This document shows, one piece after another, positions 13,522-27,591 of a DNA stretch of 64,000 bases. Position 1 is the stretch's first letter; the number at the start of each line of letters is the position of its first letter. This DNA comes from Eledone cirrhosa (Eukaryota), in assembly GCA_964016885.1 (NCBI GenBank), contig OZ024740.1, forward strand, positions 412,548,001 to 412,612,000. The letters are read 5' to 3'. The translations under genes and the position numbers were made by a program. The notes beneath the pieces were generated by a model, which worked only from the letters and a program-made list of their open reading frames with translations, was not told the DNA's origin and made no database searches.

Positions 13522-16500
13522 TATATATATATGTATATATTATATATATGTGTATATATTAGATATATATATGTATATATATATATATTTTATATATATA
13601 TATATTAACATTTGTGTATAAATAGCGAGTAAAATGCTATTGTATATTCCTTTGGATATCGTTTACGGAGATGGATCCCTCTGAATACAGAGTGGAGAGC
13701 ACCGATGTTATTACATTACTAAATGAATATCAAGAAATGGCTATGAACATGCATTTATATACATAAAACATATATGCGCAGTGAATACAATACTGTAGAA
13801 TTGTTTCCATTTCGATTAGTATCTACAACGATTTTAGTATTTCAATTCTGTAATTAAATAAAAGATATGCCTTCATATTCATTGTATTATAACGTATACA
13901 ATCCCATAATAATCTCACTTTAGTATTTTACATGACAAACTGAAGTCACTAATTCAGTAATGCTCGTTAAACCAGTATATTACTTCCTATCACGTAATAG
14001 AATGTGTACTATATTCAATGACCAGGGACGTTCAACTTACATTGAGTTTCTACCTATGTATCATTTCTGCATGACTCGTTACATTTTCCCTTAGTGTGAA
14101 TATTGCTTACGGTAAAATGCATTCCACAAATATGGCTTATACGTCGTATGTTACAAGAAGGCAACATCTTTACACCAATTTGCCTTTATATATTAGGTTA
14201 TTACATACTCTATTCTCACTTTCAAAGCAGGTGTTCAAATGCAAACTTTTTGAATTGAATATATGAATTCCAATACATTCTAACTCACAACCTCATTACT
14301 GCTGCACGACTAGCCATTGTAAATAATTTCTTCTATATGGGCGATTTATAATTTAAAATCTACAAGGAATGGTACAGCTGGTAACTTCTTGATAAAATTA
14401 ACGATATGAAAGTGATTGTTTTTTTTAACAAACTGTGCCAGCAGAATTCTAAAAATATGAGCATTATTCGAAAATGAAAGATTTAAGCTCGATTTAAGTA
14501 CTGGAAACAGGATAAGAAGAGAAACATCAATATAGATACTTAAAAATAGACGGATCTGATAAGACACACAATAGAGTAGATGAAACCGATAGGGTACAAC
14601 ATAGTTAATATATCGGTGGATACTTGATTTGAAGATCATAGGCAAGGAAATTAGAAAAGAATTTCCTGCATTCCGAAGCCATCATTTTAAGTCGATATTG
14701 ATAACATAAGCCTACGCTCTACGTAAGTTGTAATTGGTCATGATGATTATAGAGACAAATTACCAAGTAAGAACGGAGAATTTAGCAAAATACTAAGGAG
14801 AAATAAACCATGGGAAACTTATTAGTGTCATAAATATAAGACAACAAGCTCTGTGCCTATAAACATAATCAAATAATTGTGTAAATAATCGAACAAACAC
14901 GTACACCATTTAAAAAATAAAAGCACACAAAAGCAAATATACCATAGAGTAAGAAGTAAAAGCACTGTATGTCCAATAACATGAGAGATTCGCCATGCGT
15001 GTAATAAAATAACATTAAAATAGCAACGGCATAAGAGTTCTAACTCAATGCGCAAATCAATGTTTAGCCCAAGAAATATATAAAAGAATAAAACTAAAAT
15101 CTAAAGTCGAGAGCAGGCTATAAAATGAACACACACACAAAATGTCATCGAATTATTTCTGTCTCCCTAGTCATTTGTATTAATGACAGAATATATAATT
15201 GTCGTCAGCTATTTTTGAAGAATTTGTAAACACTTGGATATGTAACCTGATGGGTCGTGGGATAAATGTATAAGGAATTCGGTACATGTTAAGGATATCG
15301 GTACAATAGTCTGGAAAGCACATTAAAATGAATTATCGTATCCAAAAACTTGAATTGGATGTTATAAATACTATAAGAACTTGACGCAAAGCATGAGAAA
15401 AAATTTCAAGTTTTACATATTCTCACATAATTTAAATGTATTACCCCACACAACACAATACCAATATCCCCCTGGGTACAATCAATCCAATAATACAATT
15501 CATGTGATACATATTATACCTCCCATAAAGCATATTGTAGATAATAAACAATCGATATTGTAACATAACATACATAGCATATTCACTATAAATTTGAGAC
15601 CTAATAATATGATTCAACCCACTCAACACATATTGTATACATTCAATATCCAACAATATGGCAGAACACATAGGAAATACAGTCACCAACTGCAAATATA
15701 ACACGATCTTCTAGAGATCCAACGATGAATCCTCTATGTCATTGACCCACTAACAACCCAATTAGGAGGCCTATATCTGATTGCATCATTGGTTTGAAAT
15801 GGAAGCCCTATTCTCTTCAATACCTTTTGCAGTCTAGGAGACCGAAAGACTGAAAACACTAAAATATATAGCTCTTGATACACGACAAGAACACCGAAAT
15901 ACTTTTGATCAGATCTATAGTCTCTCAGATCTGACCTATGGTCCAACGACACAAAATAATTTTTGGGGATGGATGATAAAACTGTCACATACAAAATATT
16001 CATGAAACCAAGATGGGTTAACGACAAAAATTTGAATCTATAAGCATTTAAATTTTGGAACATGCTGATAGAAATAATCCGACAATAGGATCTACTCCAA
16101 TTCCTTAGAATTTCTTAAAGCGTGACAGCCGTTTTCATAGATCTCAGCAAGATACAAATCGTCGGTGAAAGCGGTGGTATTATAAAAACGAATACAACAG
16201 TGTGGGATTTTGCTTTATCTGACACAGTTTCAGCAATTTGCAAAATTCTTCGCTGTGGGTATTGTAGAAAATTTCTTTCAAGGATTTCTAGTTGACGACC
16301 AATCTCTATGTTATGATGTTAGCTATTTCATATGTACAGTACTTCTATGAAATTAAAGAGACGTTACATATTTTGTTTCCGTGAAAAAGTCACGATACTG
16401 ATATTTCGCGGAATGTCAAGTTACTCCTTATTAACTTCGAGCAAGTAATATAGGAACGCCATCCCCGTGAGAAATATATATCATTTCAGTATTTTTCTTA

Positions 16501-16525
16501 ACTTTCAATTCGTCTTGCTTTTCTA

Positions 16526-16558
16526 TTTCGACGTTTCACCTTCTACTCATCAGTGAAT
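16526..16558 (-). ncRNA. Degenerate minimal hammerhead core
   Basis: Reverse complement reads ttca-CTGATGA-gtagaaggt-GAAAC-GTC-gaa. The core is perfect but stem II does not pair. Confidence 0.4.
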
Positions 16559-17339
16559 ATTTGGTGAAATAGCATAGAAACATTTTTTTTTATCTGCAAT
16601 TTATCTGAGGATTCAATATTTTCTTGGTTGTCGCAACTATTATGCATCACTAGGTTAATGCGCAGAAAATTCTACTTCTACTTCTATCTAGAAACATTAT
16701 AGTGCCACAAAAAGAGATAGGAATTTAGAGCGCTGGTGAGAGAAAGAGAGTAAAGTAATAATAAGTGGGAAGAAAAGTGAAGTACGATAACCTGACGAAT
16801 ATATCGGTGCATGGTAATGTCGGAAGATTGGTCCAATCTTGAGGTATAAACTGCGATTCGTTGTTTCTAATGTTGAATCGCACCATAAGGCTATATAAAA
16901 TGCGATTGAAAACCTTTTCAAGTAATGTCCGTTTTATACACAAACCTCCTATGACAGGATTCTCATATAATGTAACAATATTATCTTAGTGTGAATTGTA
17001 GTTATAAACGAACAGATAGACAAGCGGTTGACTAAGTTAATTGCAGATTGATATATAACTGAAATGGATATTACTGAGTATATCTCCGTTTTCTATTCCA
17101 GGTTATTGCTCGCAATGCTTTCATTCTCGAGAAAATTAGTCTTCTGAAACAATTTCATTTCTGATAGGGAGAGCTACAGAGTAGGAATTTTGCCTGGAAT
17201 AGATTGAAACCAGCTCAGATACGTACATACACATTTACACGCGCACACGCACACACATACACTCATGCATGTGAGAAGAATAAACCATTACTGATATATA
17301 CTTGGCGTATAAAACATCTACTAGATAATTCAATTCGCA

Positions 17340-17531
17340 TATAATTGTTTCTACATTTGGCACAAGGCCAGCATTTACCCAGTGCATTACTGGTACTTTA
17401 TTTTGTCGACCCCATAAGGACGAAAGGCAAAGTTAACCTCGGCGGGATTTGAACTCACATCATAAAGAGCTGTAACTCTATGCGTCAAAGCATGGCGTCC
17501 GACCCTCTACCGATACTGCCAATCCACCGCC
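17340..17531 (-). mobile_element. tRNA-derived SINE with a MetaSINE/MESC-like central domain
   Basis: A-box-like TGGCAGTATCGG, B-box GAGTTCAAATCC, and GCCTTTCGTCC..GGGGTCGACAAAATAAAGTACCAG. Homologous to 25269-25462 and 26166-26349. Confidence 0.8.
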
Positions 17532-17936
17532 AAAATCGCATATAATACGTACTTGACATGGTTGGTTGGGATTAATTAACAGTTACACAATCACAGTGTG
17601 ATTTATAACAGAAATGTATCCTTACACATGTTTAATGTATATACACAGTATCCTTACACATTTTAATGAATATTAGTGCTACTGGCAATATATATCTAAG
17701 GAGCAGATCGATAGTGGAGTCGGGTCCATAACTCCTGTGGGTTGCCTTCAGCCAATTCTCTGCGAAACCCGCGTAACTGGTCGATACACAATAAATATAC
17801 TTTATACGTAAACAAAGCTTCTTCGTTTTTTTCTATCATATATCTATCTATCTATATCTCTATATGTATCTTGGAGTTTAGACTTTTCACACTCCAGAGA
17901 AAGTATATATTATAGGTATTTTATATATATATATAT

Positions 17937-19045
17937 ATAATAACTAGAAATTGATTAACATATAAATATACCGTGTAACCACGCATGGCTAGTTGGGTAA
18001 TAAATAAATATATACCTTTAAGTATGATTAACCTTCCTTGTATATATCCCATTAAAGAAATATATTTCACCAATTAATCACATGGTAAGTCACGGAAAGT
18101 GGATATTATTGGATTGTCAACAAGGAAGAATAATTTTCAGCGATCCATGCTCACACAGCGAGTTCAAATCCTCATCTGGCCGCTACCGCGTGTTGTGTCT
18201 ACACATCACAGCAGCTTCGTTTCAGTGGCGTGAATAGGTATTCGACAACTAGAAATAGCAGTCAAATTCCCTTCAACAGAAATAGCTCTACAATTAAGGA
18301 GCCGTATTTATATATCTATATCCAAAATTAAGGTAAATTAAATGAATTTAATCCAAATCGAAATTGTGGGTGTCATGCCATAACGGCGTGCGCCATATCG
18401 CCTGGAAATAAGCTCAAAGATATGTCCGAGCATTTTATAATAACTAGAAATTGTTTAACATATAAATATACATGAATAATCACAGGAGATAATATTTACA
18501 AGCGTGTAACCACGCATGGCTAGTTGGGTAATAAATAAATATATACCTTTAAGTATGATTAACCTTCCTTGAAGGGAATTTGACTGCTATTTCTAGTTGT
18601 CGAATACCTCTTCACGCCACTGAAACGAAGCTGATGTGATGTGTAGACACAACACGTGGTAGCGGCCAGATGATGATTTGAACTCGCTGTGTGAGCATGG
18701 ATCGCTGGACATTATTCTTCCTTGATGACAATCCAATAATATCCACTTTCCGTGACTTACCAGCTGATTAATTGGTGAAATATATTTCTTTAATGGGATA
18801 TATACAAGGAAGGTTAATCATACTTAAAGGTATATATTTATTTATTACCCAACTAGCCATGCGTGGTTACACGCTTGTAAAAATTATCTCCTGTGATTAT
18901 TCATGTATATTTATATGTTAATCAATTTCTAGTTATTATAGAATGCTCGGACATATCTTTGAGCTTATTTCCAGGCGATATGGCATGGCAACCACAATTT
19001 CGATTTGGATTAAATTCATTTAATTTATCTTAATTTTGGATATAT
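17937..19045. repeat. Complex local duplication-inversion
   Basis: Segment order is A-B (17937-18275), link, C-A' (18316-18571), then inverted C-A-B (18569-19045). Confidence 0.85.
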
Positions 19046-19062
19046 GTATATATATATATATA

Positions 19063-19375
19063 CATTGACGTCGCAACTTATTTCTACAGCTGAGTAAACT
19101 GGAGCAACGTGATATAAAGTGTCTTGCTCAAGAGCACAACGCATCGCCCAGTCCGAGAATCGAACTCACAACCTCTCAATTGTAAGCTCTGACCACTAAG
19201 CCATGCACTTTCACCAGAAATGAGTTGGACCTCATTGGTGCCAAGCTGTATCGGCCATTGCCTTTCTCTTTGACAACATTGGTGGCGTGGAGAGGGGAGG
19301 CTGGTATGCATGGGCGACTCGGAGGGAAACTTTCTAGGTGCAAAACCATGGTCATTCGTGACCGAGTGGGGCCAT
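19063..19375. mobile_element. CORE-like tRNA SINE with head (19063-19213, minus) inverted relative to its putative tail (19216-19375, plus)
   Basis: The head's reverse complement has A box TGGCTTAGTGG, B box GTTCGATTC and a CORE-like GTGCTCTTGAGCAAGACACTT. About 23 bp are shared in inverted orientation between the head end and the tail start. Confidence 0.7.
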
Positions 19376-19892
19376 AGATATATATATATACATTAAATAT
19401 ATATATATTATACTTTCTCCGAAACGACACTATAAGGTGCGGAATAATGACATTTTTTATTTGATATAATCGATCCATTAGTGAATACATATAAATTGAT
19501 CATCTTTTTTTACCAAGAAACACTATACCCTTCAATTTCCCGTTTACCAAATCTCATAATAATCACATCTTATTTTACTTCACCTAACAAATCTTGAAGT
19601 ATTGAATTCTGCTTGGTACTTTACATTGTCCTTTTATTTTTATTGTGTATTGCATCAGAAATTATATATTCCTTATACATCCATTGATATCCATCATCAA
19701 AAGATAAAGGTGTCCCAAAGTAATCTAGACACTTAAAAATGTATATCACGTATATTGAACTGTGGATAATCTATTTCTTTGTGGATATTTTACAAGATTC
19801 CAAAAGTGAAATGCCAGTCGTATTTTCGTTATTATGGTATTAACTATATGTTACATTCATGAAGAAGTTATAGAAAACAACTCTCTCTCTAT

Positions 19893-19977
<85 letters not shown>

Positions 19978-20052
19978 ACACACACGCACCCACACACACT
20001 GCTCAATGTAAAATATCAGATAACATTACAGAGCGGAAATACAACACAGAAA

Positions 20053-20245
20053 ACAATCAACATTTTGCTTAATGCGTTTAATTGCTGACTATCGTTTCTT
20101 CCAGGAATGTCTGGATTTATCCCAGCATATACAATGTTAAAACAATGTTTTAACATTGTATATGCCCCGAATATTCCAAACATTTTTCTGGAAGGACATT
20201 TTTTCTGATCGTCAGCAATTAAATGCAGTAAACAAAAATCTGATT
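20053..20245. repeat. Old imperfect palindrome with a perfect 41-bp centre (20125-20165)
   Basis: gcatatacaatgttaaaaca-a-tgttttaacattgtatatgc. Outer arms tttaattgctgac/gtcagcaattaaa. Confidence 0.75.
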
Positions 20246-20254
20246 TTTTCTATG

Positions 20255-20302
<48 letters not shown>

Positions 20303-20308
<6 letters not shown>

Positions 20309-21281
20309 AAAAAGAGATGAAATCGAAAATGCAACTGGAGTCTTATTTTTTTTTTTAAATATATATATTTATTTGGTTCCCTTACCGGTTTCGCAGTTCT
20401 TTTGCTTTTCAAAAGGTGAGTTGAGATGGAGGGTCTGTGGTTTTTCTCACATCTGGTTGGTCTCTGAATGTTACTTGTTTTATATGGAAAAAGTGACTCG
20501 AAATGCCAGGTTTTTCGAGAAGTAATTTGATTGGTTTGTCAATAATTATAATAAATTTCGGGCCAGGTCGCGTTACAATAGTTCTTCAAATATGAGGGGG
20601 GTTGTCACAGGTTGTTTTTTTCATATATGAGTGTTTGAATTTCTTTTTACTTGAAAAAAGGGGCTCACGAAGGCTTTTTTTTGGTTGGTTATAAATGAAA
20701 TTATAGCTGTCACGTGAACAAGTTTTCATTAAATTTTCGTGCCCTTATTTGGAAATCCATTCTGTAGCCTTTTTAGAGTATTTTATGATAAGTGAAAGAT
20801 AATGGTCAAGAGAAAGGGATGGGAGAATTGTTCTGGTTCAGTGAATATGGTTAGTTCGCTGGGGTGTCAGAATTCAGATTTTCTATTGAATAAAGAAAGA
20901 AAAGATATGTATGTTATTTGTGTGCTTATGTGTGTGTGCGTGTGTGTGTTGTGTGTGTGTGTGTCTGAATTTCTTTACTTTAAAAAAGGTGGCTCACGAA
21001 GGCTTTTTTTAATAAACGTGATTTGATTGGTTATAAATGAAATTTGGCTGTCACGTGAACAAGTTTTCATCACATTTTCGCGCCCTTGTTTGGAAATCTA
21101 TTATGTAGCCTTTATAGAGAATGTTATGACAAGGGAAAGATAGTGGTCATGAGAAATGGGATTGGGAGAATTGTTCTGGTGCAGTGAATATGGTTAGTTC
21201 GCTGAGGTGTCAGAGTTCAGATTTTCTATTGAAGTAAAGATATGTATGTTTATTTGTGATTGTGTGTGTGTGTGTGTGTGC

Positions 21282-21352
<71 letters not shown>

Positions 21353-22165
21353 GGAAGATGATTCTATTAGTAGAAATGGGGGAGGGAGTTGTGTGTGTGT
21401 GTATATGGGTGTTATGTGTGTGTGTGCGAGTATGTTAAGATGGAGAGAATATATATATATATATATTGTGTGTGTGTGTGTGTGTAGGAAAATGATTCCT
21501 TTAGTAGGAATATTTTTGAATGAACATATTTTCCTTACTTATTCGTATTTGTTCTGTTGTATTTTCAGTGCAAACGTATGTTAAGGTTTATTTAGTTTGG
21601 GTTTTTATTTTCTAAAGTAGAAGGTGTTATGTGTGTGTGTGTATGTCATATTATGGTGTTGACATAATGTATATTAAACCATATTTAATGCTGGTCTATA
21701 TTTTTGAATAAACATATTTTCCTTATTTATTCGTATTTGTTCTGTTGTATTGTTAGCGCAAAGGTAAAATGGGAAGAATTTGGGTGTCTTATTACTTGCG
21801 CAAATGTCTAGATATGCACTTAGTGGTATCTGTCTCGTGGTTGGATCTCGTAATTGTTGACGATGAACTGTCATTCTGTTTCTGAGTGTGAGTTTAGTTT
21901 GTCCTATATAATCTTCATTTCATCCTTTACATTTAATGGCATAAATTAGATTTTTTGATGAGCAAGTGAAGTGATTTTTTACAGTAAAATTTTATCCTGA
22001 TTTAAATGTATACGTGGATGTATAAGGAACCAAATAAATATATATATATTTTTTTTTAAATAAGACTGCAGTTGCATTTTCGATTTCATCTCTTTTTCTT
22101 TATACTTTCTCTCGTGTAGGACACCTCGGTTATTTTTCAATTCGTAAAAAAAACCTCACTTTCTA
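20303..22165 (-). mobile_element. Penelope-like retroelement 3 (Neptune-like) 3' fragment with inverted pLTR piece at its 5' end (22024-22165, plus)
   Basis: Minus 21674-22018 reads HFTCSSKNLIYAIKCKG*NEDYIGQTKLTLRNRMTVHRQQ...FIQKYRPALN. The 3' UTR has a 330-bp tandem duplication (20636/20966). HHR at 20379-20416. 20303-20383 is inverted at 22023-22104. Confidence 0.85.
20379..20416 (-). ncRNA. Type I hammerhead, U3-A8 core variant
   Basis: Reverse complement reads cctt-TTGAAAA-gca aaagaac tgc-GAAA-c cg g-TA-aggg. Confidence 0.72.
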
Positions 22166-22919
22166 ATATATATATATATATATATACAGCAGGAAAGTAA
22201 GATTAAATGGATTGTCTTATATATCTTAACATATAGTTGAGCCTAAAAGACACTGAATGATTTTATAGCTAAAGTTGTTGTTAGTTAAACATGTCGAAAG
22301 GACAAATCTAATGTTGGTATCCATATAAACGATTTGAATTAATCGATCAAAGAAGTGGAGCTATGTGGCATCGAGTTTGATATTAATGGCTAGTTATTTA
22401 ATTTATTTGAAATATTTTCGGTGCAATTACATTGTAAGGAAGATGCCTCGCATCCACTTTCGTTGAACCTAGCCTTGGTCATTAGGGGTTTATATAACCA
22501 GACAGTATCCAACACTCATCGGATGCTTAGACCCATAAATGTAACGCATCTTTGGTGGGCTGGTAATCTTCTAGCTTCCAGTTATATCTCCTCTCTCCTC
22601 TTCCATAGCCAACAATAAGCCGTTTATGCTGTCTCTTCTATACTAGAACTGCGATCTTCTCACTTCTTTTATTCCAATGGCAGTGAGCGTTTTCCATACC
22701 GAGCCGAGCGGAAATCCACAGCAGCCCATCTGAACTAGAAATAGCGAGTCCTGCAATCCTCTCTGCCTGCACTCCTGCACAAGATCTTGGCACTTGTCAC
22801 CGTTTCACTCAAAGATGTGGCTGTACTTATCTTCCCTCGCAAATGTGATTTCAATCAGTATTATCCTTTCAGAATACAAACAACTATATCTGCCCTCAGG
22901 GTTGTTTCGTCATTGTTTC

Positions 22920-24080
22920 GTCATTCGTAAGATGAATAGAATGGGAGAAATCGAATAACCAGTTAAAATTTCATTTCCCAATTAGTTTTAAATTGGGATG
23001 GTTTTAACCGCAGAAGGAAACTCTAAAATCAATTTTGATCATTTCCTTGCTATGACGAGATACATGATAGTGACATAGTGTTCCTTATATAAGAGCATGA
23101 AGGATTGATCCATTAGTATTATCTAAATTTATCTAGATTTCTGATAGATCGGCTATACTTTCCTTGTTCTTACGAATCATCTGGCTGTGAAATATGCGGA
23201 GTGTCCCATTCATCCATAAATGCACAACATCCAACGAACTAAACAGATGTATCGATATATATCTATTCTCGGTCGGTTAATAAGTTCAATTTGTAGCCAG
23301 CACCGAAAGGATAATCTTGCTTTCCATATTGAATAGTAAGATTGTTGTAAGTAGGTTGAGGTTTCCTCTTTGATACAAAATAGCCTTCTGTATCCTTTCA
23401 AAACTATGGAATAATTTCCTTATTCTAGATAATTCGCCAGTATTTCCACACTCTCAGAAGAAGCGTTAGGCATTTCTTATATATCTTGTAAGGTATAACG
23501 TTTGGTGGAAAAGAAGATCTCATTAATGCTTGTGTCCTCACATTTCTGAATTTCTTCCAAAATATTCGATGATGTTGAGTATTTCTGTGAATGTTTCAGC
23601 TCCACTGATATTTTGGTTGATTACCAGATCTTAGTTACTGAAAGAGTGATGGTGGATCCCCCTCAATATTTCAACTTCTTTTCTGTGTCTGGACACCATC
23701 CCTGATTTCGATTCCGCTGACAATGAACAGGTGAATACAAAGAGGCCTTTAGTAAGGTCAGCTCTTTTATATTCCGTCTCCCTCTACTTACAAGCTCTTT
23801 CTGATATTCGGAATATGTAGAGATATTTGTGGAGTATTGTAACCTAATCATCCTTACTTTATCTTCCCTTTTAGGGGCTAAATTAATCTGCTAATCAGGA
23901 ACCATGATTTTATCTCTTAGACGGTGGATTAATTTTCTTCTTAATTTTGCCTAGGGGTTTTTACTCTTCTTATGGAAGAGATTCCAGAGCATTTTCTGGC
24001 TAGTTTGTATATTATGCATACGAAGACATCCCTACTGTTTGTTTGAATAATTTATCCATGTCGTCATCTAATTGGAGCCA
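22920..24080 (-). mobile_element. Heavily decayed HERO-like (R2 superfamily) non-LTR retrotransposon RT fragment
   Basis: Minus-strand pieces in colinear RT order: WLQLDDDMDKL; PNVIPYKIYKKCLTLLLRVWK..I*NKEIIP..KDTEGYFVSK; YIDTSV; I*INLDNTNGSILHALI; ILTGYSISPILFI. These match remembered HERO RT motifs. Many stops and frameshifts. Confidence 0.7.
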
Positions 24081-25268
24081 TTAATTTCTTTTATTCATTT
24101 TTAGTCATTTGATGCGTTATCTCAGAACGAGAGTTCGGTCCTCTGTTGTAGCATAAAATATGTTGCTTCTGAGGATTTGAGGAGTAGCAGGTACCGCGAG
24201 GTCTCCAGTACTGTGGACTGCTTGTTGCCTATAGTGTTCTTACATTTACTCAGGTGTTACCAATATGCATTACATTCGTGACTCCTCATTCCTCCATGCG
24301 GTCTTGGATTGGTGTATTATAAGAGCTTTCATACTCTTACAAATCAATCCACAGTCACACTTTAATTCTAATATCATTCCTATTTATGTTGTTCCGACCA
24401 GCCTTTTTGGTCTCCGTAATTCGTACCTGGTTATGTTGTGGTAGCTGTCATTTTGAATCTCTCATCCTCTTCATAATTTAAAATAGCATTTATACACCAA
24501 CTTATGTTCCCTAACTACATTACCCAGAGACACACACACACGCACACACATACTTATATATAGATACATCTGGCGCGGGGAGCAAGATTCTTTTGCCTAG
24601 ATCATGCCCAATTTGTTTGGTGACAAAATTAATTCGGGGGTGTATTATACCACACGTATGATCAGCCTGTTTATAAGTGACATTTGTAAACAAAAGAATC
24701 GAAGAACACAAAATTAGCATAATTTAAGATGAGAAGTGACGATTGATATTGATTTTGAATTTTTGGCAGATTGTTGTGATCAGGAAAACAAATAGGCCGA
24801 AGAGACTACCGGAGCCGTGATGTGCGGGAACGAAACTTTCAGAATGGAATTTACAATTACATTTGGGAATATAAAAGTGTAAAAGAATGGGAACAAACAA
24901 CAAAACTAGCACTAAGAGTGTTTCCGCGTGAAGATGGGGCAACAAAGAGGAAATTTCACCGGAAGATTTTCATGAAAATATGAAGAGAAAATACAGAGCG
25001 GCAACATTCGGCAGTATGTTAATGATTGAAGCCAACATAATATGACCAGTTGTGGAAATAATTCTCAATACAATGACGGATGGGAGATTAATGACGATGC
25101 TACGCACTCTCAGAGGGGAAAAACCTTCTGACATGACAGAGCTGCTCAAATTTCTGGACCATAGAGATTTCACAATCCATACGATACAATCACTCTAGCT
25201 CAGATCAGTTGAAAATGTCAGACCAACTAGAAAATAATATTTATTATGAACATATACAGGTTGATGAA

Positions 25269-25462
25269 CGGTGGATGATTGGCAGTATCAGTAGAGAGTC
25301 GGACGCCATGCTTTGAAGCATAGAGTTACGTCCCTTTATGATCTGAGTTCAAATCCTGCCGAGGTTGACTTTGCCTTTCACCCTTACGGGGTCGATAAAA
25401 TAAAGTACCAGTAATGTACTGGGTAATTTGCTGGCCTTGTGCCTGAAAATAGAAACAATTAT
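25269..25462 (+). mobile_element. tRNA-derived SINE, same family as 17340-17531
   Basis: GAGTTCAAATCC B box and GCCTTTCACCC..GGGGTCGATAAAATAAAGTACCAG. Confidence 0.8.
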
Positions 25463-25951
25463 GAACATATACACTACAAAACTTAAACAGATGAAAGCTA
25501 TAAGTTCTGGAATAACTAAGGTGGTAGTCATGCAATTAATTTAAAATATATATTTTTATTAACCAGTCTTTTCAAATAAACAAATGTAACTCTTATATAA
25601 TAAACTTCGTACACTCAGTGATATAACAGATTTTATCTAGAAAGACAGTAAATTACTAGGCTACTGTGAATTAGGAGTTAGACAGCTACTCAGCCGTTCG
25701 ATGAAAGCCGACATTAACTGTAATATAGCGCAGACAGTGTCATTATTAGAACGCTGCATTAAAAGACCCTCAGATAGTTGATGTGGCCAGTAATAAAAAC
25801 GAATCAATCGCTTTTCCAAATAATTTAATTCTTAGGCAATCAATATGGATGAGATCTTCACTTCTTTCAGTGAGTCCGACAATTGCTTTGTACACAATGT
25901 AATTATAACCATTATTCTTGACATTAATGTTATTGTTACCATTAAAAGTTC

Positions 25952-25952
<1 letters not shown>

Positions 25953-26003
<51 letters not shown>

Positions 26004-26048
26004 GTCAACATCATCATCATAATTATTATTATTATTATTATTATTATT
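25953..26048. repeat. (ATT)n microsatellite
   Basis: Seen directly. Explains the poly-Ile ORFs. Confidence 0.95.
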
Positions 26049-26165
26049 GCTATTGTTGTTTTTGTAATTGTTGATGTTGTGTTTGTTGGTTTTATAGCTG
26101 CTTTTATTGTTAATACATTCTCTTGATCAATCATTGTCAAAATGAAGGAGTATATAAGACTAGAC

Positions 26166-26349
26166 AGGTTTGGCAGAATTGGTAGAGGGTTGTACAAGCT
26201 TTCCAGCATAGTTACGTCCCTTTACGATCTGAGTTCAAATCCCGCTAAGGTTAACTTTGCCTTTCATCCTCACGAGGTCGATAAAATAAAGTACCAGTAA
26301 TGTACTGGATAATTTAATGGCCTTGTGCCGAAAGTAGAAACAATTATAA
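26166..26349 (+). mobile_element. tRNA-derived SINE, same family
   Basis: Same B box, central domain and 3' end (GGCCTTGTGCC..AGAAACAATTAT). Confidence 0.8.
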
Positions 26350-27553
26350 TTTATTTAATCTTATCCCACATCCCACCTCTCTTAATATTTCATAACTTTC
26401 TCCACTTAGACTCTCTATATTTCTTGTTTCATTGATTCTGTCATTCTCTCTGACGAGTGAAAATGGTTACTATTATCAACAAGACATCTAACGTTTGTCG
26501 AATGTGATGTATTTTTACTCATTATAATATTATATTGAGGTGTTTTTAAACAGATGTCATGAGAATTATCAGTGAATCGCACTTTATATTTTTTGCTAAT
26601 TTGCTTTTACTTGCTTCTAATTAAGTTGGTACGCTGTTTAAACATACACATGTCGTGGCAACAGAGATCGTAAGATCGTAACAGTTTCAGAGGATTAATA
26701 GAAAGTAATTCACAATGTTCTTCAAATGATTACGAAAGTCTGATTATTATCAACAACATAAAATAGATATTAAATGCTTTTGCAATCAAAACGTTTCGGA
26801 TATGTAATACTGTATTACTATTATATTAATGGGTTTCTAAAGCTATATTTAGTATTAACTTAATTACAAATAGTTTAAGTTTAAAATCTAATGTGTTTGA
26901 TTCGGTCATCCTAGTTAACACCATTTTCTGCCCTTTTGATTCTTTCAACAAACACTACTTTCTTGTAACTAATAGGGCAGGAGGAGGGGCAAAGGAGTGA
27001 ATTGATATTTTGAAGCGCTGTATTATATTTCATCAAACAACATATTATGTTATTACCTTTGTTTCCCACACCCAGCATTGGATGTTCTGCAAACATTTGG
27101 TTCTTTGAATTAACGTTATAATGTGAAGACTGTATCCTGCTGTGATAATAGCTGGTGAGCGCGAAATGGCGTAACTATACATTGATCCTCTGTACAGACC
27201 TTTGCAATTCGGTAGGAGAATGGAAAATGTCTTCGCACTTCATGAATATATTTTATAGATTGAAATAAATACAAAAATCTTTAAAATAGATATTTCCTAA
27301 TAACATAAAAAGGATACAGATAAAAGCAAGGATAATGTCTTACTTATTCAAATTATCAAAATCCAAATAATTATACAAATTTAATTGTTTTTTATATATT
27401 GATTTATTTTCTTGACATTCTTCCAATACATCTGTAGTAATTAAATCTTTAATGAAATATAATTCGTTATGATATGATATTACATGTAATTACCTTTCAC
27501 GCATATATATATATATATTCATATATATATATATATATATATACGAGTGTATG

Positions 27554-27591
<38 letters not shown>

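Noticed and set aside
14700-16100. A/C-rich stretch with a WFEMEALFSS peptide resembling a Gypsy gag N-terminus, and a similar hint at 24950-25170
   Set aside because: Too degenerate to support without a profile search.
19140-19213. tRNA gene
   Set aside because: A and B boxes are present but there is no cloverleaf, and it continues into a SINE body.
21915-21930. In-frame TGA at a conserved Cys (CKG*N) of the PLE 3 GIY-YIG, suggesting selenocysteine as in some Naiad PLEs
   Set aside because: The same frame has a TAA nearby, the copy is decayed, and no SECIS was identified. A TGY to TGA mutation is simpler.
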